Of a stretch of 58,438 bases of DNA, positions 10,517 through 20,725 are shown piece by piece. The stretch comes from a virus (lineage: Duplodnaviria > Caudoviricetes): IMG/VR virus record IMGVR_UViG_3300037311_000064, positions 1 to 58,438 of that record. The stretch is one strand, 5' to 3'. The position numbers were made by a program, and so were the translations under genes. Numbering within the stretch: the stretch's first letter is position 1; each line of letters opens with the position of its first letter. The notes beneath the pieces are model-generated. The model ran no database searches and was not told the origin of the DNA. It saw nothing but the letters and a program-made list of their open reading frames with translations.

Positions 10517-12236
10517 CGTAGCCTCCTCGTCCTCTGCTTGAGTTAGTATTTTCAAATGCTCCGGTAACGATAGAAGACCCTACCGCTCCAAGATCTGCAA
10601 AGCTTTGTAAGAAAGATCCATCCGAAGATATACCATGGCTAACTTGTACGACAGCTTCATAAGAATTCATACCATTACTCATCTGTCTAAAAGAATACTC
10701 TACAGACTCGATATGGTAAAGTTGTTTTTGATCAACGATCTCTAAGTTACTACCCACAGAGAAGTAAGTATTTGGACCATCAATTCTAAGCCTGCCTTTA
10801 TAAAGCATGTGACCTTTGAACAACCAGTCAGCTAACAAAGCTGCAGAAATCTTTACGATTTTATTATCTTGTAAAGTTTCGCTGAATGTGTAGTTAGTTC
10901 TGAACTCAAAACTTTTTAAACCGTACCTCTTAATAGAAGGAACATTTAAAAGTGAAACATACAAAGCGCCAACCTCTTGCCCAACAAACTCAGGAGCAAC
11001 GACGATTTGGTTTACTCGATCTCTGTTTGTTTTCGTGATAGATTTTTCTTTAATATCCACACTATTGATCTGCTGTCTTGGAAGATCTACAAAAAAAGTC
11101 TTTTGAATCTCGGCAGCCGCATCTTTAACCTTGGAATCTTTAAAAGCGTATGTAGATGAATTAGGTTTGCTTGAAAATGGAAGCTGCCTACAAACAAGAC
11201 TGGGAACTAGTTTTCCAGACTTGGGCACTAGATCAACATACATCTCATTCAAAGAAGGATTTTGAACAAAAGTCATTACCTGCCAGATAGTTCCTTGAGA
11301 TGGAAGTGTTGGGAATATAGTTTCACCTAGTAAAGGGCTGACGCCAGAAAAACTTCCGTTAGTTCCATACTTGTGTACTCCAACCTGAGTTTGTACATCA
11401 AGGATGTCAATTACTGCAGGTTGGTTTTTTTGTGGGGTGCCTTTTACTGTAGCTAGAAGCTCTTTTGGTATGTACCAGTTTTGATGACTTGCAGAAAGCT
11501 TGTCTAGGTTTCCGCCTAACATGAAGGTAGCAATACTTGTTACCATCTTGTCTGGTGTGGCAAGACCTTTATCGCCTCTACCGTTCTTTTTTGCATAATC
11601 AGCAAGCTTCTGAGAATCTCCCATGAAGTAAGTACCTAACAAAGAAGAGATCTGAGCATTCTTTAAAACAGGATTAAAATACAAATTAGTAAGAAAGACT
11701 TTTCCAATATCAGAGCCAGTAATTACATACTCTAAATAAGGAACTCCTGTTGCTGGGTCGTCCCTTTCTATAACTGTTACATCTTCTATAAAGCCAATCA
11801 TCTTGAGGCCAGAACTTGTAGAGGCGTTTTCAGGGATGTCTGCAGGCAAACCTTTCTTCATCCAGATAGTTACCCAATCGCCAACATTTATAAGTTCTGC
11901 GTAATTTAACTGCTTACCTTTAGTGGCCTGTTCGCCTCGTTCAGATCGGCCTTGTTTTAAGGTGAAAGTAAAAGTACCTGCTGGATTATCTTTTCCTTTT
12001 GATACATCGCAGCTAACAACATCGTTATCAATCTTAACTACGCTTTGAGTAGAAAAATCTGCGCCGTCAACTGTACCACCAAAGATACCGTTTTTATCTG
12101 AAGCGTCAAGCTGTATCAAACCTTTTACAGCCGGATTAGCGTAACGATAAATCCAAATTTTACAGCTATTGACCTGCGACTTTCCGGCCACAGGTAACTT
12201 TAAAACTGGATCTCGTTTTCTAAGAAAGTTGCTCAT
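10506..12236 (-). CDS. Baseplate hub (gp27/gpD-like)
   Basis: 576 aa between tape measure and spike; GTFTFTL, GFIEDV, SIKRYGLK, YHIESVEYSF motifs. Confidence 0.65.
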   Translation of the reverse strand: MSNFLRKRDPVLKLPVAGKSQVNSCKIWIYRYANPAVKGLIQLDASDKNGIFGGTVDGADFSTQSVVKIDNDVVSCDVSKGKDNPAGTFTFTLKQGRSERGEQATKGKQLNYAELINVGDWVTIWMKKGLPADIPENASTSSGLKMIGFIEDVTVIERDDPATGVPYLEYVITGSDIGKVFLTNLYFNPVLKNAQISSLLGTYFMGDSQKLADYAKKNGRGDKGLATPDKMVTSIATFMLGGNLDKLSASHQNWYIPKELLATVKGTPQKNQPAVIDILDVQTQVGVHKYGTNGSFSGVSPLLGETIFPTLPSQGTIWQVMTFVQNPSLNEMYVDLVPKSGKLVPSLVCRQLPFSSKPNSSTYAFKDSKVKDAAAEIQKTFFVDLPRQQINSVDIKEKSITKTNRDRVNQIVVAPEFVGQEVGALYVSLLNVPSIKRYGLKSFEFRTNYTFSETLQDNKIVKISAALLADWLFKGHMLYKGRLRIDGPNTYFSVGSNLEIVDQKQLYHIESVEYSFRQMSNGMNSYEAVVQVSHGISSDGSFLQSFADLGAVGSSIVTGAFENTNSSRGRGGYGDQ

Positions 12237-14461
12237 TACTGTCCTAAGTTATTGCTATCAAGTCTGTTTATAACTTCTTCAAGTTTCTTTGCAGATCTTT
12301 CAATAATCTCTGAATATGTTTTTATAGTCGTAGAAGCTTGCTTCATGCTGGTACTCATATTATCCATACCAGATTGAAAAGTTTGAAAGTCTACTTGTTG
12401 TTGAATTCTATTTAGGTCGCCTTCTTTTCCGGTTTGGTCTGTACCTCGACCTTCTAAGTCAATAGCGTCTGCAGCACCCATACCACCGCGACCAGATTTA
12501 GCAACATCTAAAGTACGCTCTGTGGTACCAAACATAGTGTTGCCCAAGATATCTCGCATATCCTGACTAAGACCAGGAAACATTTCTGTAAGATTGCTTT
12601 TGTTCGCTGTGGTTGCGCCAACAAACTTATCTATTTGTTCTGCAGAGAATTGGCCTGAACGACCTAAGATCTCTTTCATAGCTCCGCCACCTTTATTAGA
12701 GGCTTGAGCCATTAAAAGCATTTGTGCAGGATCTAAATTTACTCCAGACTCTCTTGCGGCTTTTTGAATAGCTAAAAAGTTTCCAGCGCCTGCAACACCT
12801 TGAGTTTGCGAAGATAAATCACGAATAGTGGACTGGATGTCTGCTGCTCTTGCCAAAGTTCCTTGCGTTATATCGCCTTCACCTGCAAGACCTCTAGCTC
12901 TAGATGCAAGCTCTGCAGCAATAGCATCAGCATCTTGAACTCCGCCTAAAGAAGCGTTTCGTTCTACAGCTTCTGCTGTAATTCGAGCATACTGATCAAG
13001 CTTTCCATCTTTAATACCGAAAGCCATTCCGCGACGAATAATAGCTTCCATCTTTTCTTGAGAGCCAGCGAAAGATCCTCGTTCTGCTCCAGTAATTGCT
13101 TCTCTTAATGCGCCTTGTGTTCCAACATCAACGCCAGTTCGATTCATGAAGTATTGTGATCTTGGAAGGGATGTAGCTGCTTCGTTCATTCCAACTGAAG
13201 AGCCAAGCTGCATCATTTGATTCAATGTTTCTTCTTGCCCGAAGCCCTCTTGAGTTCCTAGGAATTGTAAGGAAGTTAAGCGTTGCATTGTGTTTGCTCC
13301 GCCTAAACTTCTACCAGCTCTTCTAGCAACTTGACGACGAACATTAGAAAGCTCTCGTTGTCTAGCCATAGCGTCGCGAACAGGTTGGGTCTCTAACATT
13401 AACCTTTCACGCTCTTCTTTTTGAGCTTGTTCATATCCAGGCATCAAAGAAGATACACCGCCAACTACAGTACCGATTCCGGCTCCAATCTTACCACCAA
13501 GCATGGCTCCAGGAATTGCTCCGACACCACCTAACAAGCTACCTGCTAGACCGCCAATACCAGCGCCTGCTAAGCCACCGTACAGAGCGCCTTTACCAGC
13601 ACCAAACAATCCACTTTGAATTGCTCCGATGCCTCCGCGAAGCATATCTTGATTCTGCATGATACCTACACCAGCAAAGTCACCACTCCTAGCTAACCCA
13701 GCAATACTGGAAGCTTGAGAAGCTCTAAGGACTCTCATCTGATCGTAGTTACTTAAAACTTGAGCGCCAAGCATTCCTGCTCCAGCAACTCCAGCTAAGG
13801 CACCGCTTGCTACGCCCATAGGTCCACGCAGTAATCTACCTATTCCACCCATCCCTTGAGACAAAGCTTGTCCACCAGGAATCATGTCTAAAACGGATCT
13901 TTGATCTCCTCTACGAGAGGCTTTAAAATCTCTTAGGCGTCTACGAAGATCAGCTTGTGCTTCTAAAGATTCTTCTCGTCTACGCTCTCTGTCGTCCATA
14001 TTGGCACGAGCACGACGACGAAGTTGATCACGCTTAAACTCGTCACTATTCAAATACTCTCTTCGTTTCTGAATAGTTTCGTAAGCTTTAATTTCGTTTT
14101 GAGTTTTCTTATCAAGTTCTTGCTTGTCTTTTTGAGATGCTTGAGCTTCTTTCTGCCTGAACTTGTCATAGTTCTGTTCAAGTTTTTTGCTGTTACGCTC
14201 TTTCTCTCGTGTGATTTCTTTTTCACGGCGCATGTACGCTCGATCTTCTTCAAGACGAGCACGATCTCTCTGCTTATAGGCAGCAGCAATCTCTTTAGCT
14301 TTCTTTGCATCTTCATTTAAAGCTTTTGAACCAGTAGTACCAGGCCCTGCGCCAGTAGCACCAAGACCTTTGATATCTTTCTTAAGCGCTTCAATCTCAG
14401 TTTTTAACTTCTGAGTACCAAGGCTTACTTCTAAAATTAACTGCTTCTTTAAATCGGCCAC
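12236..14461 (-). CDS. Tail tape measure protein (741 aa)
   Basis: Charged coiled-coil N-terminus, Gly/Ala-rich hydrophobic stretch (GAGIGGLAGSLLGGVGAIPGAMLGG), located after two chaperone-like genes. Confidence 0.75.
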   Translation of the reverse strand: MADLKKQLILEVSLGTQKLKTEIEALKKDIKGLGATGAGPGTTGSKALNEDAKKAKEIAAAYKQRDRARLEEDRAYMRREKEITREKERNSKKLEQNYDKFRQKEAQASQKDKQELDKKTQNEIKAYETIQKRREYLNSDEFKRDQLRRRARANMDDRERRREESLEAQADLRRRLRDFKASRRGDQRSVLDMIPGGQALSQGMGGIGRLLRGPMGVASGALAGVAGAGMLGAQVLSNYDQMRVLRASQASSIAGLARSGDFAGVGIMQNQDMLRGGIGAIQSGLFGAGKGALYGGLAGAGIGGLAGSLLGGVGAIPGAMLGGKIGAGIGTVVGGVSSLMPGYEQAQKEERERLMLETQPVRDAMARQRELSNVRRQVARRAGRSLGGANTMQRLTSLQFLGTQEGFGQEETLNQMMQLGSSVGMNEAATSLPRSQYFMNRTGVDVGTQGALREAITGAERGSFAGSQEKMEAIIRRGMAFGIKDGKLDQYARITAEAVERNASLGGVQDADAIAAELASRARGLAGEGDITQGTLARAADIQSTIRDLSSQTQGVAGAGNFLAIQKAARESGVNLDPAQMLLMAQASNKGGGAMKEILGRSGQFSAEQIDKFVGATTANKSNLTEMFPGLSQDMRDILGNTMFGTTERTLDVAKSGRGGMGAADAIDLEGRGTDQTGKEGDLNRIQQQVDFQTFQSGMDNMSTSMKQASTTIKTYSEIIERSAKKLEEVINRLDSNNLGQ

Positions 14462-14464
14462 TTA

Positions 14465-14920
14465 CTAATCCTCAGAATTACTTGACTTAAATTGTGTAGT
14501 AATTCTATCTGGCAAATCTTTAAGGCGCTTTACTGCGGCTTTTAAGTCCTCAGAGGATTGTTTAAAATCCTTAGTCCTTTTATCTATCTGTCCCTGTTCG
14601 TATTCTACCATTTGCTCGACCATTTCTTCGTCGCTAATGTAGTCCTCGCCCATTTCCTGCTTGAGCCACTCTTCGTAATCATCCTTACCAGAAATAGTCT
14701 CGGCAACGAAGTTAGGATCTTCTTTTATGCGGTGCATAAAATAAAGGGTAGCAAGCTCCTCTAGAGTCATATCTAAGAGCTTGGAATCGTTTGGCGGCAC
14801 ATTATACTTGAAACAGTACCAGGATACCAGGAAGCGCTCAAAGCCTTCCATATTGCTGGTATCTGCGTGAAGCATGGCGTGAGCCGCCTTAATAAAGGCT
14901 AGGACTCCTAATTTGGCCAT
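14465..14920 (-). CDS. Tail assembly chaperone (second)
   Basis: WYCFKYNVPPNDSKLLDMT motif; position immediately before tape measure. Confidence 0.55.
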   Translation of the reverse strand: MAKLGVLAFIKAAHAMLHADTSNMEGFERFLVSWYCFKYNVPPNDSKLLDMTLEELATLYFMHRIKEDPNFVAETISGKDDYEEWLKQEMGEDYISDEEMVEQMVEYEQGQIDKRTKDFKQSSEDLKAAVKRLKDLPDRITTQFKSSNSED

Positions 14921-15357
14921 TACTCCTCGTCTTGTTCTTGCTGCGCCTTCTCTGCTTTAGCTTTCTTTTTAAGGTCTTCTTTGAGTTCAGCTTTCTTTTC
15001 GTCCTGCTTTCCCCAGACCTTATCAGTCCACTCTTTCTCGAAAGAAACGCAGTTTTTGTAAATCTCAAAGATTACATTCTCATCAAAAAGCTCTAGACCA
15101 AAATCAGACTTTTGCCACCACTCGGGGCTTTGAACTAAAGAAAAACGAAGCTCTGCCAAGATCTGATGAGTAAACTTCATATCAGGATCTAGGTTAGCCA
15201 GGTCCTCGTTTAGTCGGGCGGCTAGCTTTGCAGCGTTAGATTTTGCTCGTAAATTCGGGCGTTTATAGGTAAAAGTGCCCTGATAGGATTGTCCAGTATC
15301 GGAGCCTTTTACATCAATAGTAAAAGAAGTCTCCATGGACGGAAGTGTGCTAATCAT
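14920..15357 (-). CDS. Tail assembly chaperone
   Basis: YQGTFTYKRP...LVQSPEWW pattern; between tube and tape measure; AAGGAG RBS. Confidence 0.6.
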   Translation of the reverse strand: MISTLPSMETSFTIDVKGSDTGQSYQGTFTYKRPNLRAKSNAAKLAARLNEDLANLDPDMKFTHQILAELRFSLVQSPEWWQKSDFGLELFDENVIFEIYKNCVSFEKEWTDKVWGKQDEKKAELKEDLKKKAKAEKAQQEQDEE

Positions 15358-15431
15358 ATTTTCTCCTTTTCTTTTATTTATTGCCGCACTAGGCGACAGT
15401 TATATCATATCACATGATAGCGCCTAGGCTT

Positions 15432-15470
15432 AAAAAAGTAAAGGGTTGAGTACCGTTAGGCGCTCAACCC
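15432..15470 (-). terminator. Intrinsic terminator after tail tube gene
   Basis: GGGTTGAG...CTCAACCC stem followed on the minus strand by TTTACTTTTTT. Confidence 0.75.
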
Positions 15471-15498
15471 CCAGGAGATGTCTAATTTTGAGACGCTA

Positions 15499-15912
15499 TT
15501 ACAGCGAACCTTCGTCATCCATACGGATAGCTACGAAGTTCAAGGTCACTTGACCAAGGTCTCGGGCAGCAATGTTAAGGCTCTCTTCAGTACACTTAAC
15601 TCGTTGCAACAAGGCCAAGGTAGTTCCAGTGATACGATCCACAAGCTCAGCGGTCAATTCAGGCTGAGTCAGGATGTCTTGGAATCTTGGTCGAAGACCG
15701 ATTGCCATAGCTGATTGGTTAGAAACGCGAAATTGGTTTACAGAAAAGTTTACGGTGTAACCAGTCTCTGCGTACTCTACTGGATCGAGCTGATCAAGGA
15801 CATCAACAGGTTGGTGTTGATGTGCAACTGTATAACTTAATGCGTTGGCAAAAGCGACTTTTTGTCCGTTGACTCGAAATACGACTCTTGCGCCTGTTGA
15901 AGTTAAACTCAT
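15499..15912 (-). CDS. Tail tube protein
   Basis: 137 aa beta-rich protein (TGARVVFRVNGQKVAFA...PVDVLDQLDPVEY) downstream of sheath. Confidence 0.75.
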   Translation of the reverse strand: MSLTSTGARVVFRVNGQKVAFANALSYTVAHQHQPVDVLDQLDPVEYAETGYTVNFSVNQFRVSNQSAMAIGLRPRFQDILTQPELTAELVDRITGTTLALLQRVKCTEESLNIAARDLGQVTLNFVAIRMDDEGSL

Positions 15913-15924
15913 CTTATTCTCCTA

Positions 15925-16206
15925 TTACGACTCGATCTCAGCTTCAAGAGCGTCACCAGACTCTTTTGAAGCCATAGCGATGTCAAGAACTTCTTCGTTT
16001 TGTTTGCTAACACTTCCAGCAGAAGCATCAATTTGAGCTTTAACATCAGCAGCTAGCTCTTTGCTAGCCAAGCCGATTGCTAAAATTCGTTCTGTTCTTT
16101 TTGAAAGAACGCCGTCTGAATCCATGGCTGCGATCATTTCTTTTGCGGCTTTTTTGTCGCAAAGCATGATCTCTAGCTCTTTTTGTTGCTTTTTAGTTAA
16201 AGCCAT
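15925..16206 (-). CDS. Hypothetical protein with three ~30-aa helical repeats
   Basis: LTKKQQKELEIMLCDK / LSKRTERILAIGLASK / VSKQNEEVLDIAMASK. Confidence 0.6.
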   Translation of the reverse strand: MALTKKQQKELEIMLCDKKAAKEMIAAMDSDGVLSKRTERILAIGLASKELAADVKAQIDASAGSVSKQNEEVLDIAMASKESGDALEAEIES

Positions 16207-16217
16207 AGTTACCTACC

Positions 16218-18026
16218 TTATGCGCTCTGACGAATATTGTCTAGAGTAATTCTGCTCAAGATGAAGTCAACACCTTGTACAGGAGTGATAGTAATATCGA
16301 TCAAAGCGGTATTACCGTTCAAGCTAACCAATAGATCTTTGAATCCTGTTCCACCGTTCGTGTCGTCACCAACAATAATATCGGCTCGCAAGAAAGAATC
16401 CATGATAGCGATAACAGTGTTTCGGATTGCTTGTGCAGTTCCTGTGGCAGCTTTGTTACCAACAAAAATCGCTTCAAGTTGTTGACGCAAGTTGTAAGCA
16501 ACATAATCAGCAGCTTCAAGAACAGATACTCGGTTAAATACGAAGTTAGGATCAACTCCATAAGTAGTGTTGTGAACTACTACTCGGAAGCCTCCGCTAT
16601 CAGCTTGCTCAAGAGGAACAAGGCCTGCATCGATTGCCAAGTCAATCTGAGTTTTTGAGTTGTAATCCTGGTGCTTGATTGCGTTAGCATTGATGAACTT
16701 AAATGTTGCAGGAGTTCCGACTGGAGTTCCGGCTTGGATTCCAGCTACTAGACAAGAAGCTCCCCAAGGATCTACAAACTTCAAGTTACCGTCTGCGCCC
16801 AAAATCTCAACATCTTGAAAAAGCATAGAAGCTCTTTCGTGATTCAAGTTTTGAGCTGCGGTTTGAGCGGCTGCAAAAGAAGCTTTTTTAGCAACATAGC
16901 AGTTTCGCTCAGATCGGTTCTTAGTATTCGAAGCTGTAATACAGTGAGTCAAAGCTTGCAGGTTGACTGCGTCTACAGTGAAAGTAGAAGCAGGGTCTGT
17001 ATCGCCAAGTGGAATCAACGCTGAAGCATCTCGTGCTACAAGAGGTACAACGATGTTGCATCGCTCAGCAAGCAAAGCATCAAAACCAGCTTGGAAGTTC
17101 GAGTTGGCGGAGGCTCCGCGAGCACCGCCAGACAACAAGCTAGCAGCCAAGTTAGCTGGCAAGCCTTCAACTTCAGATTGAATCTCAGCAGAAACTAAGC
17201 TTGAGCTTGCATTGATGATATCTGCAAGTTCTTTTTGAGCTTTTCTCAAAACAGCAGCAGAAAGAACGCTAACTGGAGTCATAACCCAGTCAAGATCAGA
17301 AGCTGCAACTTGAGCAGGCTTAGGCAGAGCAGAGCTTGCTGTGTATACAGGAGAAGCGTCAATCAAAGCTACAAGGTCAGCTACAGTCTTATTTGCCAGA
17401 GGGATAGTAAGATCATCAGCAGGTGTCGAACCTGTTTCAAGAACCAACGCTTTTGCTCCAGCAACCAACTTAACTTCTACAGCGCAAGCTGCATCAGCAC
17501 CTGTGTACTGAATAGAGATTACTGATTGATAAGCATTTTCAGGAAGAGTTTCTGTCAAACCACCTTTTTTAAGAGTGATAACTTTATTGTTGGCAGAGCT
17601 TCCGTTTGCTACGGAAACGCTAATAAGATTTTCATCTTCTCCAAAGTTCAAAGACTTCAACAACAAAACTCCAGCAGGAGCTGCTGTTTGCAGCATTCGT
17701 TGCGAACGAGTGCTTGCATTAGTTTTGTAAACTCGAATCAAAGATGCGCCGTTTGCTACTCGATTGTCACGAGCAGGAGCAATCAGCATACGCGCTGCGT
17801 CAACAATCGGACCAGACTTGTACTTCTCGATAAGAGCTGCAAGATCTTCGCTTGTGAAAGTTTGTACACCGTCAGCAGAGCCAGGAGCACCGCCGAGCGC
17901 TTCGCCGATAATTGCTACGACTCCAGTAGTGGAAAGCGGAAAACCACCAGACAGATTTACTTTTGTCTGAGAGTACGCTCCAGGCTTAGCGATACTGGCA
18001 CCGTTAAAATTTACCTTGATTGCCAT
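16218..18026 (-). CDS. Tail sheath protein
   Basis: PGAYS...GVVAIIGEALGG N-terminus and C-terminal FNRVSVLEAADYV...ITPVQGVDFI typical of contractile sheath; 602 aa. Confidence 0.92.
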   Translation of the reverse strand: MAIKVNFNGASIAKPGAYSQTKVNLSGGFPLSTTGVVAIIGEALGGAPGSADGVQTFTSEDLAALIEKYKSGPIVDAARMLIAPARDNRVANGASLIRVYKTNASTRSQRMLQTAAPAGVLLLKSLNFGEDENLISVSVANGSSANNKVITLKKGGLTETLPENAYQSVISIQYTGADAACAVEVKLVAGAKALVLETGSTPADDLTIPLANKTVADLVALIDASPVYTASSALPKPAQVAASDLDWVMTPVSVLSAAVLRKAQKELADIINASSSLVSAEIQSEVEGLPANLAASLLSGGARGASANSNFQAGFDALLAERCNIVVPLVARDASALIPLGDTDPASTFTVDAVNLQALTHCITASNTKNRSERNCYVAKKASFAAAQTAAQNLNHERASMLFQDVEILGADGNLKFVDPWGASCLVAGIQAGTPVGTPATFKFINANAIKHQDYNSKTQIDLAIDAGLVPLEQADSGGFRVVVHNTTYGVDPNFVFNRVSVLEAADYVAYNLRQQLEAIFVGNKAATGTAQAIRNTVIAIMDSFLRADIIVGDDTNGGTGFKDLLVSLNGNTALIDITITPVQGVDFILSRITLDNIRQSA

Positions 18027-18037
18027 TTTTTCTCCTC

Positions 18038-18262
18038 TTAGTAGGACTTAAAGAGCTTTTCAAACTCTGATTTAGTTGCGTTCAGTTTTCCAGCCTGTTC
18101 TGCGTAAAGTCGCATTGCAGGTTTGTGATGAGACTGAACTAACCTATCTTTTAACAGGACTTGAAAATATATGTCGAATTCGACAACCTCTTCAGAATCC
18201 TTGGCTGCTTCTATTAGATTATCAGCTTCTGCTTGTTCTTTTTTTAGTTTCTTGTCCTTCAT
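18038..18262 (-). CDS. Hypothetical protein
   Basis: 74-aa ORF in operon orientation between neck and sheath. Confidence 0.55.
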   Translation of the reverse strand: MKDKKLKKEQAEADNLIEAAKDSEEVVEFDIYFQVLLKDRLVQSHHKPAMRLYAEQAGKLNATKSEFEKLFKSY

Positions 18263-18309
18263 TATTACACCCTGTAGTTTACCACAGCAAATGACGCCTT
18301 TTCACCGTA

Positions 18310-19233
18310 TTAGGAATCAGTTGGGCTGGTCTTGGTTGTGGAAGTGGGCGTAACTCCATCTGGTGCCCTAACCGTTAATTCGAAACAATCAATCAAAGCT
18401 ACCTGCTCTTGGTCCCAGTCAAACTCCGTAATACAATTGACCTCAATAAACCGGCTAAATACATTCTCGCCTTGGTACTCGTCAACTCTATCAAAGATAC
18501 CGCCTATCCCATAGTCTAAATGAATTCCTCGATTAATTAAAGCGTCCATTCGAGACTTTAGGATGTATGTCAAAATATAATAAAGGTACTTAACGATATG
18601 CACATCGTTTTTGGCATGAACTCCTAGGGAGATAGTCTCCTCTAAGCGAATCATACGCCTAGACATCCTCTGATTACCTATACTGGATATGATGTCTCCA
18701 GGCAGCGTCAGTTCCGGTTCTCCACCAGAGCCGATATTAATATACTTATTTCCAGCTAAGTTACTGTTTCCACTACGGATTGTGAATTCTACGCCGTTTG
18801 AATCCCTAAAGATCATACCTGGGCATAGGTTAGAAAGGTCGGTACCTGGGTCTAGTTGAAGCTTTCCTGAAACGGTATCATAGCTAAGGGGTTGCACATC
18901 TGCAATCCTAACAATAGGCGCTATAGGCGTATCTACATCCTCTGCCTCATTGCTAAACTGTTGAAGCTTAGGGGTTTCCGAACTCTTAACGATCTGTATC
19001 GAGATACAAGGGACAGCAGTAGGTACTTGAGCAAAAGAGTGTACTATTCTAACTTGGTTATTTTGAATGTAGGTCTTAAGCTTGTTGATGTGATCTTGCC
19101 CATACTGGTTATTAAAGAAGGTAGAGCGAAACTTGCTAAACAGGTCATCAAAAGCGGCAGGGTTAGCTCGGAGATTACCCAAACCATCCCTAATAACCGT
19201 TTCGATTGTAAACTCTGTTAGCGGCGCTGACAT
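18310..19233 (-). CDS. Putative tail terminator / neck protein
   Basis: Position just upstream of sheath; VPCISI..SSE pattern. Confidence 0.5.
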   Translation of the reverse strand: MSAPLTEFTIETVIRDGLGNLRANPAAFDDLFSKFRSTFFNNQYGQDHINKLKTYIQNNQVRIVHSFAQVPTAVPCISIQIVKSSETPKLQQFSNEAEDVDTPIAPIVRIADVQPLSYDTVSGKLQLDPGTDLSNLCPGMIFRDSNGVEFTIRSGNSNLAGNKYINIGSGGEPELTLPGDIISSIGNQRMSRRMIRLEETISLGVHAKNDVHIVKYLYYILTYILKSRMDALINRGIHLDYGIGGIFDRVDEYQGENVFSRFIEVNCITEFDWDQEQVALIDCFELTVRAPDGVTPTSTTKTSPTDS

Positions 19234-19938
19234 CTATGCTCCTATAAGCCTTTCAACTATAGTATCAAATGTTTTCTGAACTTCCAAGTCCAACTTGCCA
19301 AGGATATCTTGCCCCTCGTATGGGCTAGAAGGCCATGTGGAGTCCTCTGTAACCCTGCGAAGGACCATGTAAGAAGTCTGGGTTGAGTTAGGCTTTTGAG
19401 ACCTAATCAACCCTTCTACCGCCTTGGCCCTTTGAACTATTCTTTCCTCTTCTCTGACCCCAGGACGAGCTGAAAACTTCACTTGCTTCTTCTCTGGTTT
19501 AGAGAAAGCGGCCATCAGATCGTCTGCACTTTTAAATGACTGAACTTGTAGCTTTTGACCTTGGATGCTGATGTTACCACTTGAGTCGGCATCTTTACCG
19601 ATAGGCACATCTACATAGTTCTTTTTTTGACCTTTATTATACTGAGCACGAGGACCTTCCATGATCATTTTACTGATCTCTCCGGTCTTGATACCGTCTT
19701 CCATCATGTTGGCAAGCTTACCTTCGACCGAGATGACATAAATGCCATCATCGATTTTAGAAAACTTATACCCAGCATTCCATTTAGCAAATCCACTGCG
19801 ACCAAAACTTTGGCTTGCAAGCTGACGACCTCGATCATACAAAGCAGAAGCCGTAGCACTACCTATGAGAGCAAGCTTCTCTTTAAAACCAGATACAAGT
19901 TGATCGGCTGATAATTCCAGCTTTGCTTTAATCTTCAT
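19234..19938 (-). CDS. Putative neck / tail-completion protein
   Basis: ANMMEDG...YVDVPI...YMVLRRVT..S.W pattern; neck-module context. Confidence 0.45.
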   Translation of the reverse strand: MKIKAKLELSADQLVSGFKEKLALIGSATASALYDRGRQLASQSFGRSGFAKWNAGYKFSKIDDGIYVISVEGKLANMMEDGIKTGEISKMIMEGPRAQYNKGQKKNYVDVPIGKDADSSGNISIQGQKLQVQSFKSADDLMAAFSKPEKKQVKFSARPGVREEERIVQRAKAVEGLIRSQKPNSTQTSYMVLRRVTEDSTWPSSPYEGQDILGKLDLEVQKTFDTIVERLIGA

Positions 19939-20725
19939 TTGGATCGTAGTCGTCGTTTCTTCGTAAAACCTGACCAGTAGCTTTATCTTTTCTATCTAAC
20001 AGGTAGTCTCGACGCAAGATCCAAGTTTCAGGAAGTTTGACATAGGTTTTATCGCCTACAACTTTGTAAGCGTTTTGTGGGATGTCAGAGTTGGCTAAAT
20101 CTTTGGCCACATTATACTGAGAAAAGCGGTCTCTATGTACTGCCTTAGTAACTCTAAAAACAGGGTGGTACTTATAGTAGATAGACATGATCTCGCGATC
20201 AAGCGGTCTGTTTGTTCCAAGCCATCTAATAGAGCCGTTTTGATCTAAGTCAAAATCTGTTCCATGATGAAACCTAACAGTTTGATTGTTTCTAACAACA
20301 AACACCGCATTTACTTCGCAAGCTGGATACTTTAGTTTATCGACGATGGGTCCAGACATTGGCGTATCTTGACGCTGAACTAGCTCGTAGAAATTTTCTT
20401 TAAAATCAAGAAGGTCTACTCTAGAGAATGTTTGAAGACTAACTCCAACTCTAAAAGTCGCCATTACTTCGTCAATGCTAAAAGTTCCGTGAACCTTAAA
20501 TTGTTCAATTAATTCTTGCTGCTGAAACAAAGCCATGGTCTCAAAGCAGTCAAAATCAATCATATTATTTTCGCAAATAGGGCAGTTAGGATCATGATCA
20601 AAAGATTCAATAGAAGTCATGTTCGGGCAAGTCGTTGACTTCCAAACTCTGACTCGAACCCCCAGATCCTTAACTAACTGGTCAAGTCGAGTAACATCAA
20701 TACCGCGTGTTACTGGTTTACTCAA
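19928..20725 (-). CDS. Putative head closure / neck protein with Cys cluster
   Basis: TCPN...HDPNCPICEN motif and YYKYHPVF, resembling SPO1/Twort-type neck proteins; TTG start. Confidence 0.55.
   Translation of the reverse strand: MSKPVTRGIDVTRLDQLVKDLGVRVRVWKSTTCPNMTSIESFDHDPNCPICENNMIDFDCFETMALFQQQELIEQFKVHGTFSIDEVMATFRVGVSLQTFSRVDLLDFKENFYELVQRQDTPMSGPIVDKLKYPACEVNAVFVVRNNQTVRFHHGTDFDLDQNGSIRWLGTNRPLDREIMSIYYKYHPVFRVTKAVHRDRFSQYNVAKDLANSDIPQNAYKVVGDKTYVKLPETWILRRDYLLDRKDKATGQVLRRNDDYDPNED

Noticed and set aside
14465-15357. Programmed frameshift joining the two tail chaperones
   Set aside because: No clear XXXYYYZ slippery site near the end of the first ORF; the second ORF has its own GAGGAG RBS and TAATG coupling
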